Source of the DNA: Bacteroidota bacterium
GTDB lineage: Bacteria; Bacteroidota; Bacteroidia; Flavobacteriales_F; PHOS-HE28
Direction: 5' to 3'
Length of the DNA stretch: 64,000 nucleotides
NCBI GenBank assembly: GCA_018266685.1
Contig: JAFDZY010000201.1
Coordinates: 1,632-65,631, forward strand
Of the stretch, positions 56,641-64,000 are shown one piece after another. The translations under genes were made by a program, and so were the position numbers. The stretch's first letter is position 1. Every line of letters starts with the position of its first letter. The notes under the pieces were generated by a model. That model was given only the letters and a program-made list of their open reading frames with translations, did no database searches and was not told where the DNA came from.

Positions 56641-56754
56641 TGTTGCGGTGTCGAAGAAACGAAGATACGTTGCGCGGCAGTTGGACGGTGGCAGCTGGCA
56701 GGGCAGCTCATTTCAGCTTGTTCCCGGCAACAAACTGATAATGCCCGGCCCGGT

Positions 56755-57825
56755 TTATGCGATTGTGATTCCCTTGTCCAAGTACACGTCCTGGATGGCG
56801 TTGAGCAGTTGCACGCCCTCCTTCATGGGGCGTTGGAAAGCCTTGCGGCCACTGATGAGGCCCTGGCCCCCGGCACGCTTGTTCACCACGGCGGTCTTCA
56901 CGGCTTCGGCCAGGTCGCTGGCACCGCTGCTGGCCCCTCCGCTGTTGATCAGGCCAATGCGGCCCATGTAGCAGTTGGCCACTTGGTAGCGGCACAGGTC
57001 GATGGGGTGGTCCGTGGTGAGGTCGCTGTATACCTTCTTGTGCGTTTTGCCGTAGCCTTTTATGGCGTTGTAGCCACCGTTGGTTTCGGGCAGCTTCTGC
57101 TTGATGATGTCGGCCTGTATGGTGACGCCCAAGTGGTTGGCCTGGCCGGTGAGGTCGGCGGCCGTGTGGTAATCATGGCCGTCCACCTTAAAGCCCGGGT
57201 TGCGCAGGTAGCACCAGAGGATGGTGGCCATGCCCAGCTCATGGGCATATTGGAATGCTTGGGCCACCTCGGTGATCTGCCGGGTACTTTCCTCGCTGCC
57301 GAAGTAGATGGTGGCACCCACAGCTACCGCGCCCATGTCCCACGCGCTTTCCACGGTGCCGAACATCACCTGGTCGAATTTGTTCGGCAGGGTCATCAGT
57401 TCGTTGTGGTTGATCTTCACGATGAAGGGGATCTTGTGGGCGTACTTGCGCGCCACGCTGCCCAGCACGCCGTAGGTGGAGGCCACGGCATTGCAGCCGC
57501 CTTCCATGGCGAGTTCCACGATCTTGTCACCGTCGAAATAAATGGGGTTGGGCGCGAAGCTGGCCCCGGCGCTGTGCTCAATGCCTTGGTCCACCGGCAG
57601 GATGCTCATGTAGCCTGTGTTGGCCAACCTTCCGTTGCCGTACAGTGCCTGGATGCTGCGCATCACTTGCGGCGAACGGTTGCTGAGGCCGAAGCAACGG
57701 TCCGTGAAATCAGGGCCCGGCAGGTTCAACTGGTCCTTTTTGATGGTGGTGCAGGTGTGGCTCAGCAGCGATTTGGCATCGCTGCCCAGTAACTCGGTCA
57801 ATTTTCCTGTTTTTAGGGTTGTCAT
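56755..57825 (-). CDS. Class I fructose-bisphosphate aldolase (FbaB/DhnA type)
   Basis: 356 aa from the internal [34 protein letters not shown] and GRKAFQRP are typical of the DeoC/FbaB class I family. Confidence 0.85.
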   Translation of the reverse strand: MTTLKTGKLTELLGSDAKSLLSHTCTTIKKDQLNLPGPDFTDRCFGLSNRSPQVMRSIQALYGNGRLANTGYMSILPVDQGIEHSAGASFAPNPIYFDGDKIVELAMEGGCNAVASTYGVLGSVARKYAHKIPFIVKINHNELMTLPNKFDQVMFGTVESAWDMGAVAVGATIYFGSEESTRQITEVAQAFQYAHELGMATILWCYLRNPGFKVDGHDYHTAADLTGQANHLGVTIQADIIKQKLPETNGGYNAIKGYGKTHKKVYSDLTTDHPIDLCRYQVANCYMGRIGLINSGGASSGASDLAEAVKTAVVNKRAGGQGLISGRKAFQRPMKEGVQLLNAIQDVYLDKGITIA

Positions 57826-58119
57826 ATCGCGGTCAGGTAGGTATTGGGCCGCGAAGTTAGCCCCTGAACAGGTGCCGGGAATGAGCGGAAGAGGCGAGGG
57901 CATCTAATTCTTCCGATTGATCACATCAATAGTAACAAGCAGGCCCGAACGGCCATTGCTTTGGTCGGTCGACCTTGCGCCCAAGATAGACGACACGATC
58001 GGGATATGCGAGAGGCCATTGATCCGGTTGGGATGCAGGTTCCGAGAGAGCTATGGATACTGATGCATCATCAGGAGGACGGAAACATTGCTGCGTTACA
58101 TTAACACTGCTATCACTTA

Positions 58120-58257
58120 ATGATAGACGACATCCGCCCAACGTGGTTGTACCTTCGCCATACGGGAAATGTTAACATGGGCAGCATGCTACAACTCTCT
58201 CTTGAAGTGCTTCAGCCGATGGCGGAATTTGATATCATGGCCAATCGCTCCACCTAA
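58120..58257 (+). CDS. Tentative 45-aa small ORF abutting the nucleotidyltransferase gene
   Basis: MIDDIRPTWLYLRHTGNVNMGSMLQLSLEVLQPMAEFDIMANRST. An internal in-frame ATG at 58177 would give 26 aa. The stop TAA (58255-58257) shares one nucleotide with the ATG at 58257 (TAATG). No homology evidence. Confidence 0.2.
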   Translation: MIDDIRPTWLYLRHTGNVNMGSMLQLSLEVLQPMAEFDIMANRST

Positions 58258-59831
58258 TGAATGATGTCCCTTTGGAATCAAGGCCTCGCGATTCCGTCGT
58301 CATCAGAACGACGATTTCATTCCTCGCGAGGATGGAACTCAATATCGAAGGTGTAGCCTTGATGGGAAGCCGGGCAAAGAATCAAGCGCATGAGCACTCA
58401 GATTACGATCTTCTTGTACTTTCCAATTCAACTAGAACCTTACACATCGAGGATGTGATGCTCAATGGCCATAAAGTTCAACTATTCATACTCCCGCTGA
58501 AATGCATCGACACATTCCTGGTTCTAAACACAGTCGCGGGCACTGGCACATTGGCTTCTACTTTTGATCCTATCGATATTTTTCAAGGGGTTTCGATATT
58601 CGCAAGAATAAAATCCAATCTAAATACAAACTTGCAAACGATGGGAAAAATGGAGATTGAATCCGTTAATCGAAACGTCAACAGACTTCGCAATCGTGTC
58701 TCGAATTTGGTCAAGGACTTGAATAATACGACCAATGCGGATGAAGACTCGTATACTGGTGCTGAGCTATTCAAGGCCGCCGGGCAATTCCTTCTCGCTA
58801 AGAAATCCCCCTTCTTTATGCGGATCGGAAAGCATTTGCATAAAGAGTTGATTAAGTTCTACCCAAAACATACGGTGAAGGAATTAACTGAAGCATACAG
58901 CAGATCAGTGGTAAAGGGGGACTATTCGGATTTTTCGACATATTGCAAGGATATCGTGCTTGATGGCCATTTATTGCGATTTTCATCTTCTTCGAATTCC
59001 TGTTTCGAGTTGAAGGCAAGTCTTGGATGCCATATTGTGTTCATCAATTCTTACAGCAGGAAAATTACTACCCTCATGTACTCCATTCTCAAAAATAACC
59101 GGCCACAGTTAATTCTGAACCAAGAACGCGACCTACTCCATGTAGGAGTGTATTTCATTGTGGATATCAAAGATTTCAGTGATTTTCTCGTTGATTTCAA
59201 GAATCTTTCGTTGTCCCGAAGTGAGTCAAATTCCATTACGTTGAACTATCAACTTGATTACTTTCTGCTTCAGCGTTTCAAGAAGTATGACCATGACGGA
59301 TTACTTGTAAACTTGTCGAAGTATGTCATGGACAATGAAATGCAGAGAGACCTGATCATGAATTCGGTTCTTGATTGGATTCTGAATGCTGGGATTTCAA
59401 TCTTCGGCAGGGAGGAATATATGGACTATGTAAAAATATGTTGTGGGATGTATGCCTCCTCAATGACTCATGAACCGAACGAATTCGATCTCAATCGCAT
59501 CTCCGAGCGGAATGAACTTCTGAACCGTGACCTTGAGAAACTGGATCTATCATCGATTACCGAGCGATATCGGGAGGTCTTGAGCAAATGGAGTTGCCGG
59601 GACTTGGCGAACGGAGATATGAGGAAGGCCATCGTGGAGTCATATCGGATAACGTTGCCTTCAACGGAGTATCATTCGGTCTTTGAGAAGAACCCCGCCT
59701 CATTCAGTAATTTCTACCACCTGTTCGAATCGGTCTTCAATGCCACCTTATTGACCTATCGAGACAGAGGTCTGATCTACCATTCATTGATGAGCGTCCT
59801 GTGCCCAAGAGGTGGATTGCAAAGGAGATGA
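58257..59831 (+). CDS. Pol-beta superfamily (minimal) nucleotidyltransferase domain protein with a long unassigned C-terminal region
   Basis: 524 aa. The NTase signature LMGSRAKNQAHEHSDYDLLVL (G37-S38, D49, D51; nt 58365-58409) is followed by IEDVMLNGHKVQLFIL. The remaining ~400 aa are helical-looking and unassigned. This is the most AT-rich gene in the window. Confidence 0.8.
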   Translation: MNDVPLESRPRDSVVIRTTISFLARMELNIEGVALMGSRAKNQAHEHSDYDLLVLSNSTRTLHIEDVMLNGHKVQLFILPLKCIDTFLVLNTVAGTGTLASTFDPIDIFQGVSIFARIKSNLNTNLQTMGKMEIESVNRNVNRLRNRVSNLVKDLNNTTNADEDSYTGAELFKAAGQFLLAKKSPFFMRIGKHLHKELIKFYPKHTVKELTEAYSRSVVKGDYSDFSTYCKDIVLDGHLLRFSSSSNSCFELKASLGCHIVFINSYSRKITTLMYSILKNNRPQLILNQERDLLHVGVYFIVDIKDFSDFLVDFKNLSLSRSESNSITLNYQLDYFLLQRFKKYDHDGLLVNLSKYVMDNEMQRDLIMNSVLDWILNAGISIFGREEYMDYVKICCGMYASSMTHEPNEFDLNRISERNELLNRDLEKLDLSSITERYREVLSKWSCRDLANGDMRKAIVESYRITLPSTEYHSVFEKNPASFSNFYHLFESVFNATLLTYRDRGLIYHSLMSVLCPRGGLQRR

Positions 59832-59906
59832 TCACCGCACCGTTTCACGCGGCAGACCTGTAACGGGATATGTGATAGCGGAGGACATCGACCTATTATT
59901 GCAAAT

Positions 59907-60461
59907 GTGGCCATGCCGCCTCTGCCTTGGAAGGTCTGTAACTGTAATAGCCACAACCCTGAAACAAACGTTTTGGAAACATCAGAATATGACACTCTTA
60001 GGGACGGTCTGCATCCTTTCGAGGATGGGGCCGGATTTCCGACTGCCAGACAAGAGAACACGCACGATTGTGGATATGCTTGCGTGCATATCCTTGCTGC
60101 CTATCATGGTTTGGTAGGGATTGAATGCCCTTCGCTACCGGAAACCCACCTCTCTATAAAAGACATCATGACGTTCGCAGCGAAAGTTGGTTTCGCCACC
60201 CACGCATTTCGTACATCCTACAGTTGGCTCCGGGAGAAAGTACCGCCCCCTTACATTGTACACTGGAAAGGGGAACACTTCGTCGTCGTATACCGGATCG
60301 ACCACTCACTGGTCAGCATATCCGACCCATCTACAGGCGTATTGCGGGAAATGACGAAACAGGAGTTCGTGCGAGGTTGGCTGGGACACATAAATGGACC
60401 CGGCTCATGGAAACGCGGCGTGGTCGTGTTCTTGGAAAAGAAAGCCTCCAATGCTCAGTGA
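59907..60461 (+). CDS. Stand-alone peptidase C39-like (papain-fold, bacteriocin-processing type) protein
   Basis: 184 aa. QENTHDCGYACVHILAAYHG holds Gln49 and Cys55 (60069-60071). IVHWKGEHFVVVYRIDHSLVSISDP holds His124 and Asp140. There is no ABC transporter TMD or NBD. Confidence 0.8.
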   Translation: MAMPPLPWKVCNCNSHNPETNVLETSEYDTLRDGLHPFEDGAGFPTARQENTHDCGYACVHILAAYHGLVGIECPSLPETHLSIKDIMTFAAKVGFATHAFRTSYSWLREKVPPPYIVHWKGEHFVVVYRIDHSLVSISDPSTGVLREMTKQEFVRGWLGHINGPGSWKRGVVVFLEKKASNAQ

Positions 60462-61710
60462 ACTGTCCGGCACCGTAATGCGCATCTTCCATGCGCAGTT
60501 GGAGGCCTGTGAAGCCATGTGCTTCGCTGCGGATGAAAGTGGCAAAGCGATATCCGTCCTGATCGTGGACAGCACATACAGCTCTACCCCCAAGGTGGAA
60601 TACATGGAGCATGAGGGGCACAGCTATGAGGTCCTCTCCGTGACGGACCTCAGGATGATGTTCCGCCTTGACCATATCGAGGTCTTCGCCGGTTTTCTCA
60701 AGCGTTGTGTCGTTCTGAAAGATGAATATCAGGACCTATTCGATACAAAACGGACCTTCGGTACCATCGTTCATTCGGAGCTGAGCGGAATTGCGGACCG
60801 GCCAACTGGTGCCGGACCGGCAGCGGGAGGCCGAACCGGCCACATGTCATCAAATCATCGCAGTGGCTACTTCTCTTCAATCACCGGACCCGATGCGGCC
60901 ACTCTCGCGGACAATGCAGGCTATAGAGTCCTTTGCACGGGCATTCCTCAGATACACCGGTTCATCCGGAGACAATGCTTTGGCCTGCTCGAAGAGTTGA
61001 AGGATGTGACCCGAAGCATGGAGTTTGCATTCTACAGGAACAGCAGGCAGCCACAAAGTGTTTTCTCCATTGAACTCTTGGGCATCGACCACCTCAACAA
61101 GGCCGAGTTCGAGAAACGGCTGTCGCTCTTTTGTGCGCAGAGGAACCGGTATCCTGGCCCTGTCAACTTCCGACTCTTCAGCAGCAATTTCGGCACTGAA
61201 GCGCGAGCCGCATTCGCGATCGCAGTAAGCCGCGGAATCCTCACTGAGTTCTACCCGAAAACGACCAGCTCACAAGGCTTCACCACTGCGATAACGCCTC
61301 ATGTGGTGGCCCTACTCCTTCTGATCCTGAAAAGCGATGACCTTGGAACGGCGATGCCCACGATCGACAAGCTTGTACATGACCAGCTTCATCGCATCTT
61401 GAGAGACCAACGATCACCGGGAGAGATAACCAGCCAGGAGAAGATAGCCTATCAGCTGGACCTCCATACGGACACACAGGTCATAACGCATAAGGCCGGG
61501 ATCATGGGACAGATGGGCCATGGGCTAAGGTTCAGGAATAAGGCCATTTATGAGGACGGAATTTTCCAGGCATTCCGGCGTTGGTTGGGAACGGCCCGGC
61601 CTTCGGTGAGTGAGGCAACCGGGCTACTATTCGACTCCTTCTGCGTTTCCCCGCACCGCAGCTACTACTTCCTGAGATCGGTACAAGCGCTGTTGAATGA
61701 AAAGGGTTGA
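60451..61710 (+). CDS. Hypothetical protein, 419 aa, no recognisable motif
   Basis: Start at MLSELSGTVMRIF, overlapping the C39 gene by 11 nt. Its end overlaps the next gene by 14 nt. Coding is supported by operon compaction only. Confidence 0.65.
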   Translation: MLSELSGTVMRIFHAQLEACEAMCFAADESGKAISVLIVDSTYSSTPKVEYMEHEGHSYEVLSVTDLRMMFRLDHIEVFAGFLKRCVVLKDEYQDLFDTKRTFGTIVHSELSGIADRPTGAGPAAGGRTGHMSSNHRSGYFSSITGPDAATLADNAGYRVLCTGIPQIHRFIRRQCFGLLEELKDVTRSMEFAFYRNSRQPQSVFSIELLGIDHLNKAEFEKRLSLFCAQRNRYPGPVNFRLFSSNFGTEARAAFAIAVSRGILTEFYPKTTSSQGFTTAITPHVVALLLLILKSDDLGTAMPTIDKLVHDQLHRILRDQRSPGEITSQEKIAYQLDLHTDTQVITHKAGIMGQMGHGLRFRNKAIYEDGIFQAFRRWLGTARPSVSEATGLLFDSFCVSPHRSYYFLRSVQALLNEKG

Positions 61711-62779
61711 CATCCATACGCTCTTCTGGTACTGCGAGAACTCACCGATGTGCGTTCAGAAGCATCCGTTCGCGGACCTGTACATCTTCGGGTATTATCG
61801 GGACTCAACGAAATACAACTACTACCGTTGGGATGTGACGAACTCAATCTGTAGGGGATTGATCACCGATCTGGAAGGGAATATAGTGCAACGCCCCTTC
61901 GCAAAGTTCTGGACCTTCAAGCAGTATCTGGCCCAAGACCTTCTTCTCCTGAGTGAGGGCCAGACCAAGATTATCGACTCCCCGGTTCGGGCCATGCACG
62001 AGAAGGTGGATGGAACGATGGGGGTGCTTTATTGGGTGGATGACGTGCCGTACATAGCTGCACAGCGTTCATTCACCAATGCGAAAGCGCTGAAGGGTAC
62101 GCAGATCCTGCATACAAAGTATGCCCACCTCTTTCATCGGTTCGACCGGTCCCTTACCTACATTTTCGAGATCATCTACAAGGAAACAGCCATCCTCGTG
62201 GAGTATGACATGGATGAAGAACTGGTTCTGATCGGCATGGTCGAGACCACATCAGGCCACTCGCTTTCACTGGAAAGCTGCACACTGGGCTTCAGAACGG
62301 CCCGCATACTCACACCTCAATACGGGGCATATGCGAATGACCTTGGTAAACTGGAATCGCTGGACCTCCCGAACGCAGAAGGGTTCGTGGTCACCTACGA
62401 GGACGAAAGCCGCGTGAAGGTCAAATTCCCCACGTTCAGGAAAGCCCATGCCGGCTTCGCCAGACTTCTGGCCTGCCGGAGGGCATTGGCACTTGCCGAG
62501 CACGCCATGTTCCCCGAAGGTGTACGATCACATTTCCTAGGAACAGAAGTAAACACATGGTCTGAGCAGGAGTTCCATGATGCCATGGCACGCTCAAGGC
62601 CGATCCAACACATGGTCGGCTTTGACTATTGGATGGAGTACTGGCATACGTGGCAAAAGAAGGACAACGACATTCCAAGGTTCGACGAGCTTGTCGGTAG
62701 CGCATTTAACTTGGAGCAACGGTTGCAGGAGGAACACGTGCATGACACACAAACGTGGAAATGGAAACTGCTGAGATAG
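61697..62779 (+). CDS. ATP-dependent RNA ligase, T4 Rnl1/Trl1-ligase-like (covalent nucleotidyltransferase superfamily)
   Basis: 360 aa. Motif I HEKVDGT (Lys103 at 62003-62005), motif III YIFEIIY, motif IV AEGFVVTY and motif V RVKVKF. Upstream is CRGLITDLEGNIVQRPFAKFW. Met18 (61748) is an alternative start. Confidence 0.8.
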   Translation: MKRVDIHTLFWYCENSPMCVQKHPFADLYIFGYYRDSTKYNYYRWDVTNSICRGLITDLEGNIVQRPFAKFWTFKQYLAQDLLLLSEGQTKIIDSPVRAMHEKVDGTMGVLYWVDDVPYIAAQRSFTNAKALKGTQILHTKYAHLFHRFDRSLTYIFEIIYKETAILVEYDMDEELVLIGMVETTSGHSLSLESCTLGFRTARILTPQYGAYANDLGKLESLDLPNAEGFVVTYEDESRVKVKFPTFRKAHAGFARLLACRRALALAEHAMFPEGVRSHFLGTEVNTWSEQEFHDAMARSRPIQHMVGFDYWMEYWHTWQKKDNDIPRFDELVGSAFNLEQRLQEEHVHDTQTWKWKLLR

Positions 62780-63915
62780 CGATCTCCTGCGGGGTGGTAC
62801 TCCTCCACCGGGACAAGATCCTGCTCGTGAAGCACACCAGTGCATACGGAGGGGGCTACTCGATTCCAAAGGGGAAACTGGAGGAAGGCGAGACCATCCG
62901 CGCTTGTGCCCTGCGCGAGTTCATCGAGGAAACGGGTGTCATCCTTCAGGACAAGGACCTTTCACGTTTCCCCGAAGTGCTGCACATCATGGACCGGGAG
63001 GGGCGTGTGGTGAAAAGGGTGTACTATTTCATTGCTCGCGTGGACCTGGAAGCCCTGCTCAAGCATGGAGCCATAACAGCCAACAGGGATGTCCAAGAGA
63101 TTGATAGCATCCGATTGGTCACGTTCGAGCAAGGGGAGGCTCTGCTCCCCCATTCACAGCTTTCGGTCCTTCACCATATCGGCCACCGCTTCTCGCCCAA
63201 GGAGCTATTGTTCCTCCTTAAGTCGAAATTCATTACCCGGAACCTTGACCTGGAAACTGGCTTATATATCTACAACTACTCGAAACGCTGCAAGGAGACC
63301 AACTACTGGAACTATACTACACTGAGTTGCCGCGGCTTGGTCCTTGACCGGAACTTCAACGTGGTCGCACGGCCATTCAAGAAGTTTTTTGAGTGGCGCC
63401 AGCTACTTCCGGAACTACAGAGCTATCTCTTGTCCATCCGGCCCAAACTTTCGGTCAGGTCATACGAGAAGATAGACGGGACCTTGATCCTGCTGTTCAA
63501 TTATCAGGGACGTTGGATCCTTACCACTAGGAGGCGCTTCGACCTCATCCAGTCACATCATGCACGGATCTTGTTCAATCGACAATTGAGCAGACCACTA
63601 TCAGCCTTGGACCCGAACCTGACATATCTATTCGAAAGCACGGTGCACTACGACTATAATGTGATAGCCTATCCTATAGAGCAATTGGTCCTAGTGTGTG
63701 CGGTAAGAACAGCCAGCGTAGAGACTTACTTTCCTGAAAGGCTCCAATGCTCATTCGAGTCAGCCATTCGCATTACTGAACCAAACTTGGATATCAAGCC
63801 AAGCAGTAATGGCAAGGAAGGACAGGTACTTTATCTAGACAACCAATACATGATCAAGGCGAAGACGGACTGGTACGTGGAGGCTCGACAGAAAATCACT
63901 AACTACGGTTCATAG
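62755..63915 (+). CDS. NUDIX hydrolase fused to a second Rnl1-like RNA ligase domain
   Basis: 386 aa. A perfect Nudix box GKLEEGETIRACALREFIEETGV lies at 62872-62940. It is followed by CRGLVLDRNFNVVARPFKKFF, motif I YEKIDGT (Lys239 at 63469-63471), YLFESTV, KEGQVLYL and MIKAKT. Confidence 0.85.
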   Translation: MEMETAEIAISCGVVLLHRDKILLVKHTSAYGGGYSIPKGKLEEGETIRACALREFIEETGVILQDKDLSRFPEVLHIMDREGRVVKRVYYFIARVDLEALLKHGAITANRDVQEIDSIRLVTFEQGEALLPHSQLSVLHHIGHRFSPKELLFLLKSKFITRNLDLETGLYIYNYSKRCKETNYWNYTTLSCRGLVLDRNFNVVARPFKKFFEWRQLLPELQSYLLSIRPKLSVRSYEKIDGTLILLFNYQGRWILTTRRRFDLIQSHHARILFNRQLSRPLSALDPNLTYLFESTVHYDYNVIAYPIEQLVLVCAVRTASVETYFPERLQCSFESAIRITEPNLDIKPSSNGKEGQVLYLDNQYMIKAKTDWYVEARQKITNYGS

Positions 63916-64000
63916 GTTCATCACCATCTTGATAGATCGTGTTTGCCGCAGTCTGCTCATTCCAAGCGTTCAATCAAGCAGCCAGGCAATGTAATGTCTA

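Noticed and set aside
55624-57792. 722-aa + strand ORF spanning accD and the aldolase gene
   Set aside because: It is antisense to two well-supported housekeeping genes. It crosses their intergenic region without any start or RBS logic.
58177-58257. Micro-ORF as a double-glycine bacteriocin precursor for the C39 peptidase
   Set aside because: There is no GG/GA/GS cleavage motif and no core peptide after the leader-like segment. It is kept only as a low-confidence small ORF.
60451-60720. JAMM/JAB-like metalloprotease motif in the 419-aa protein (EYMEHEGHSYEVLSVTD)
   Set aside because: The spacing is H-x2-H and not the H-x-H-x7-S-x2-D of JAMM domains. I judge it a chance resemblance.
1-64000. 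CRISPR arrays, rRNA, tRNA, transposases and integrases
   Set aside because: I found no regularly spaced direct repeats with unique spacers, no rRNA/tRNA-like conserved blocks, and no DDE or tyrosine/serine recombinase-like ORFs on reading both strands. Absence cannot be proven by eye.

Overview
About 64 kb of a high-GC Bacteroidota-type chromosome. Supporting signs are three proteins ending in T9SS C-terminal sorting domains, a short (~290 aa) RpoD, and a TonB-dependent receptor with a carboxypeptidase-regulatory N-domain. Everything here was read by eye from the sequence and the ORF track, with no searches run. Most of the window is housekeeping backbone: an acyl-CoA ligase open at position 1, cysH, tgt, rsmG, pyrE, coaD, rsmD, pfkA, purE/purK, rpe, rpoD, pnp, rpsO, accD and a class I aldolase. 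Four accessory blocks stand out. (1) 57.9-64.0 kb is an AT-richer island that runs off the window. It carries a compact operon: a Pol-beta nucleotidyltransferase, a stand-alone C39 peptidase, a 419-aa unknown, an Rnl1-like RNA ligase and a Nudix::RNA-ligase fusion. This is my best candidate for an undescribed RNA-repair or conflict system. (2) 22.2-33.5 kb is a minimal hybrid NRPS-PKS cluster (A-T-KS-AT-ACP-aminotransferase | C-A-T-TE | PPTase). (3) 33.8-42.5 kb holds two paralogous giant T9SS cargo proteins with cysteine-rich 33-aa repeats. Their gingipain-like domain appears to lack both catalytic residues. (4) 5.56-8.08 kb is a low-GC 2.5-kb insertion (GH16 plus a polytopic membrane protein) bracketed by a perfect 91-bp direct repeat made from the 3' end of an lptF/G-like gene. 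A 166-nt nested palindrome at 12955-13120 may be a structured RNA. I recognised no rRNA, tRNA, CRISPR array, transposase or integrase. Many long ORFs in the track are antisense shadows of real genes in this GC-rich DNA.
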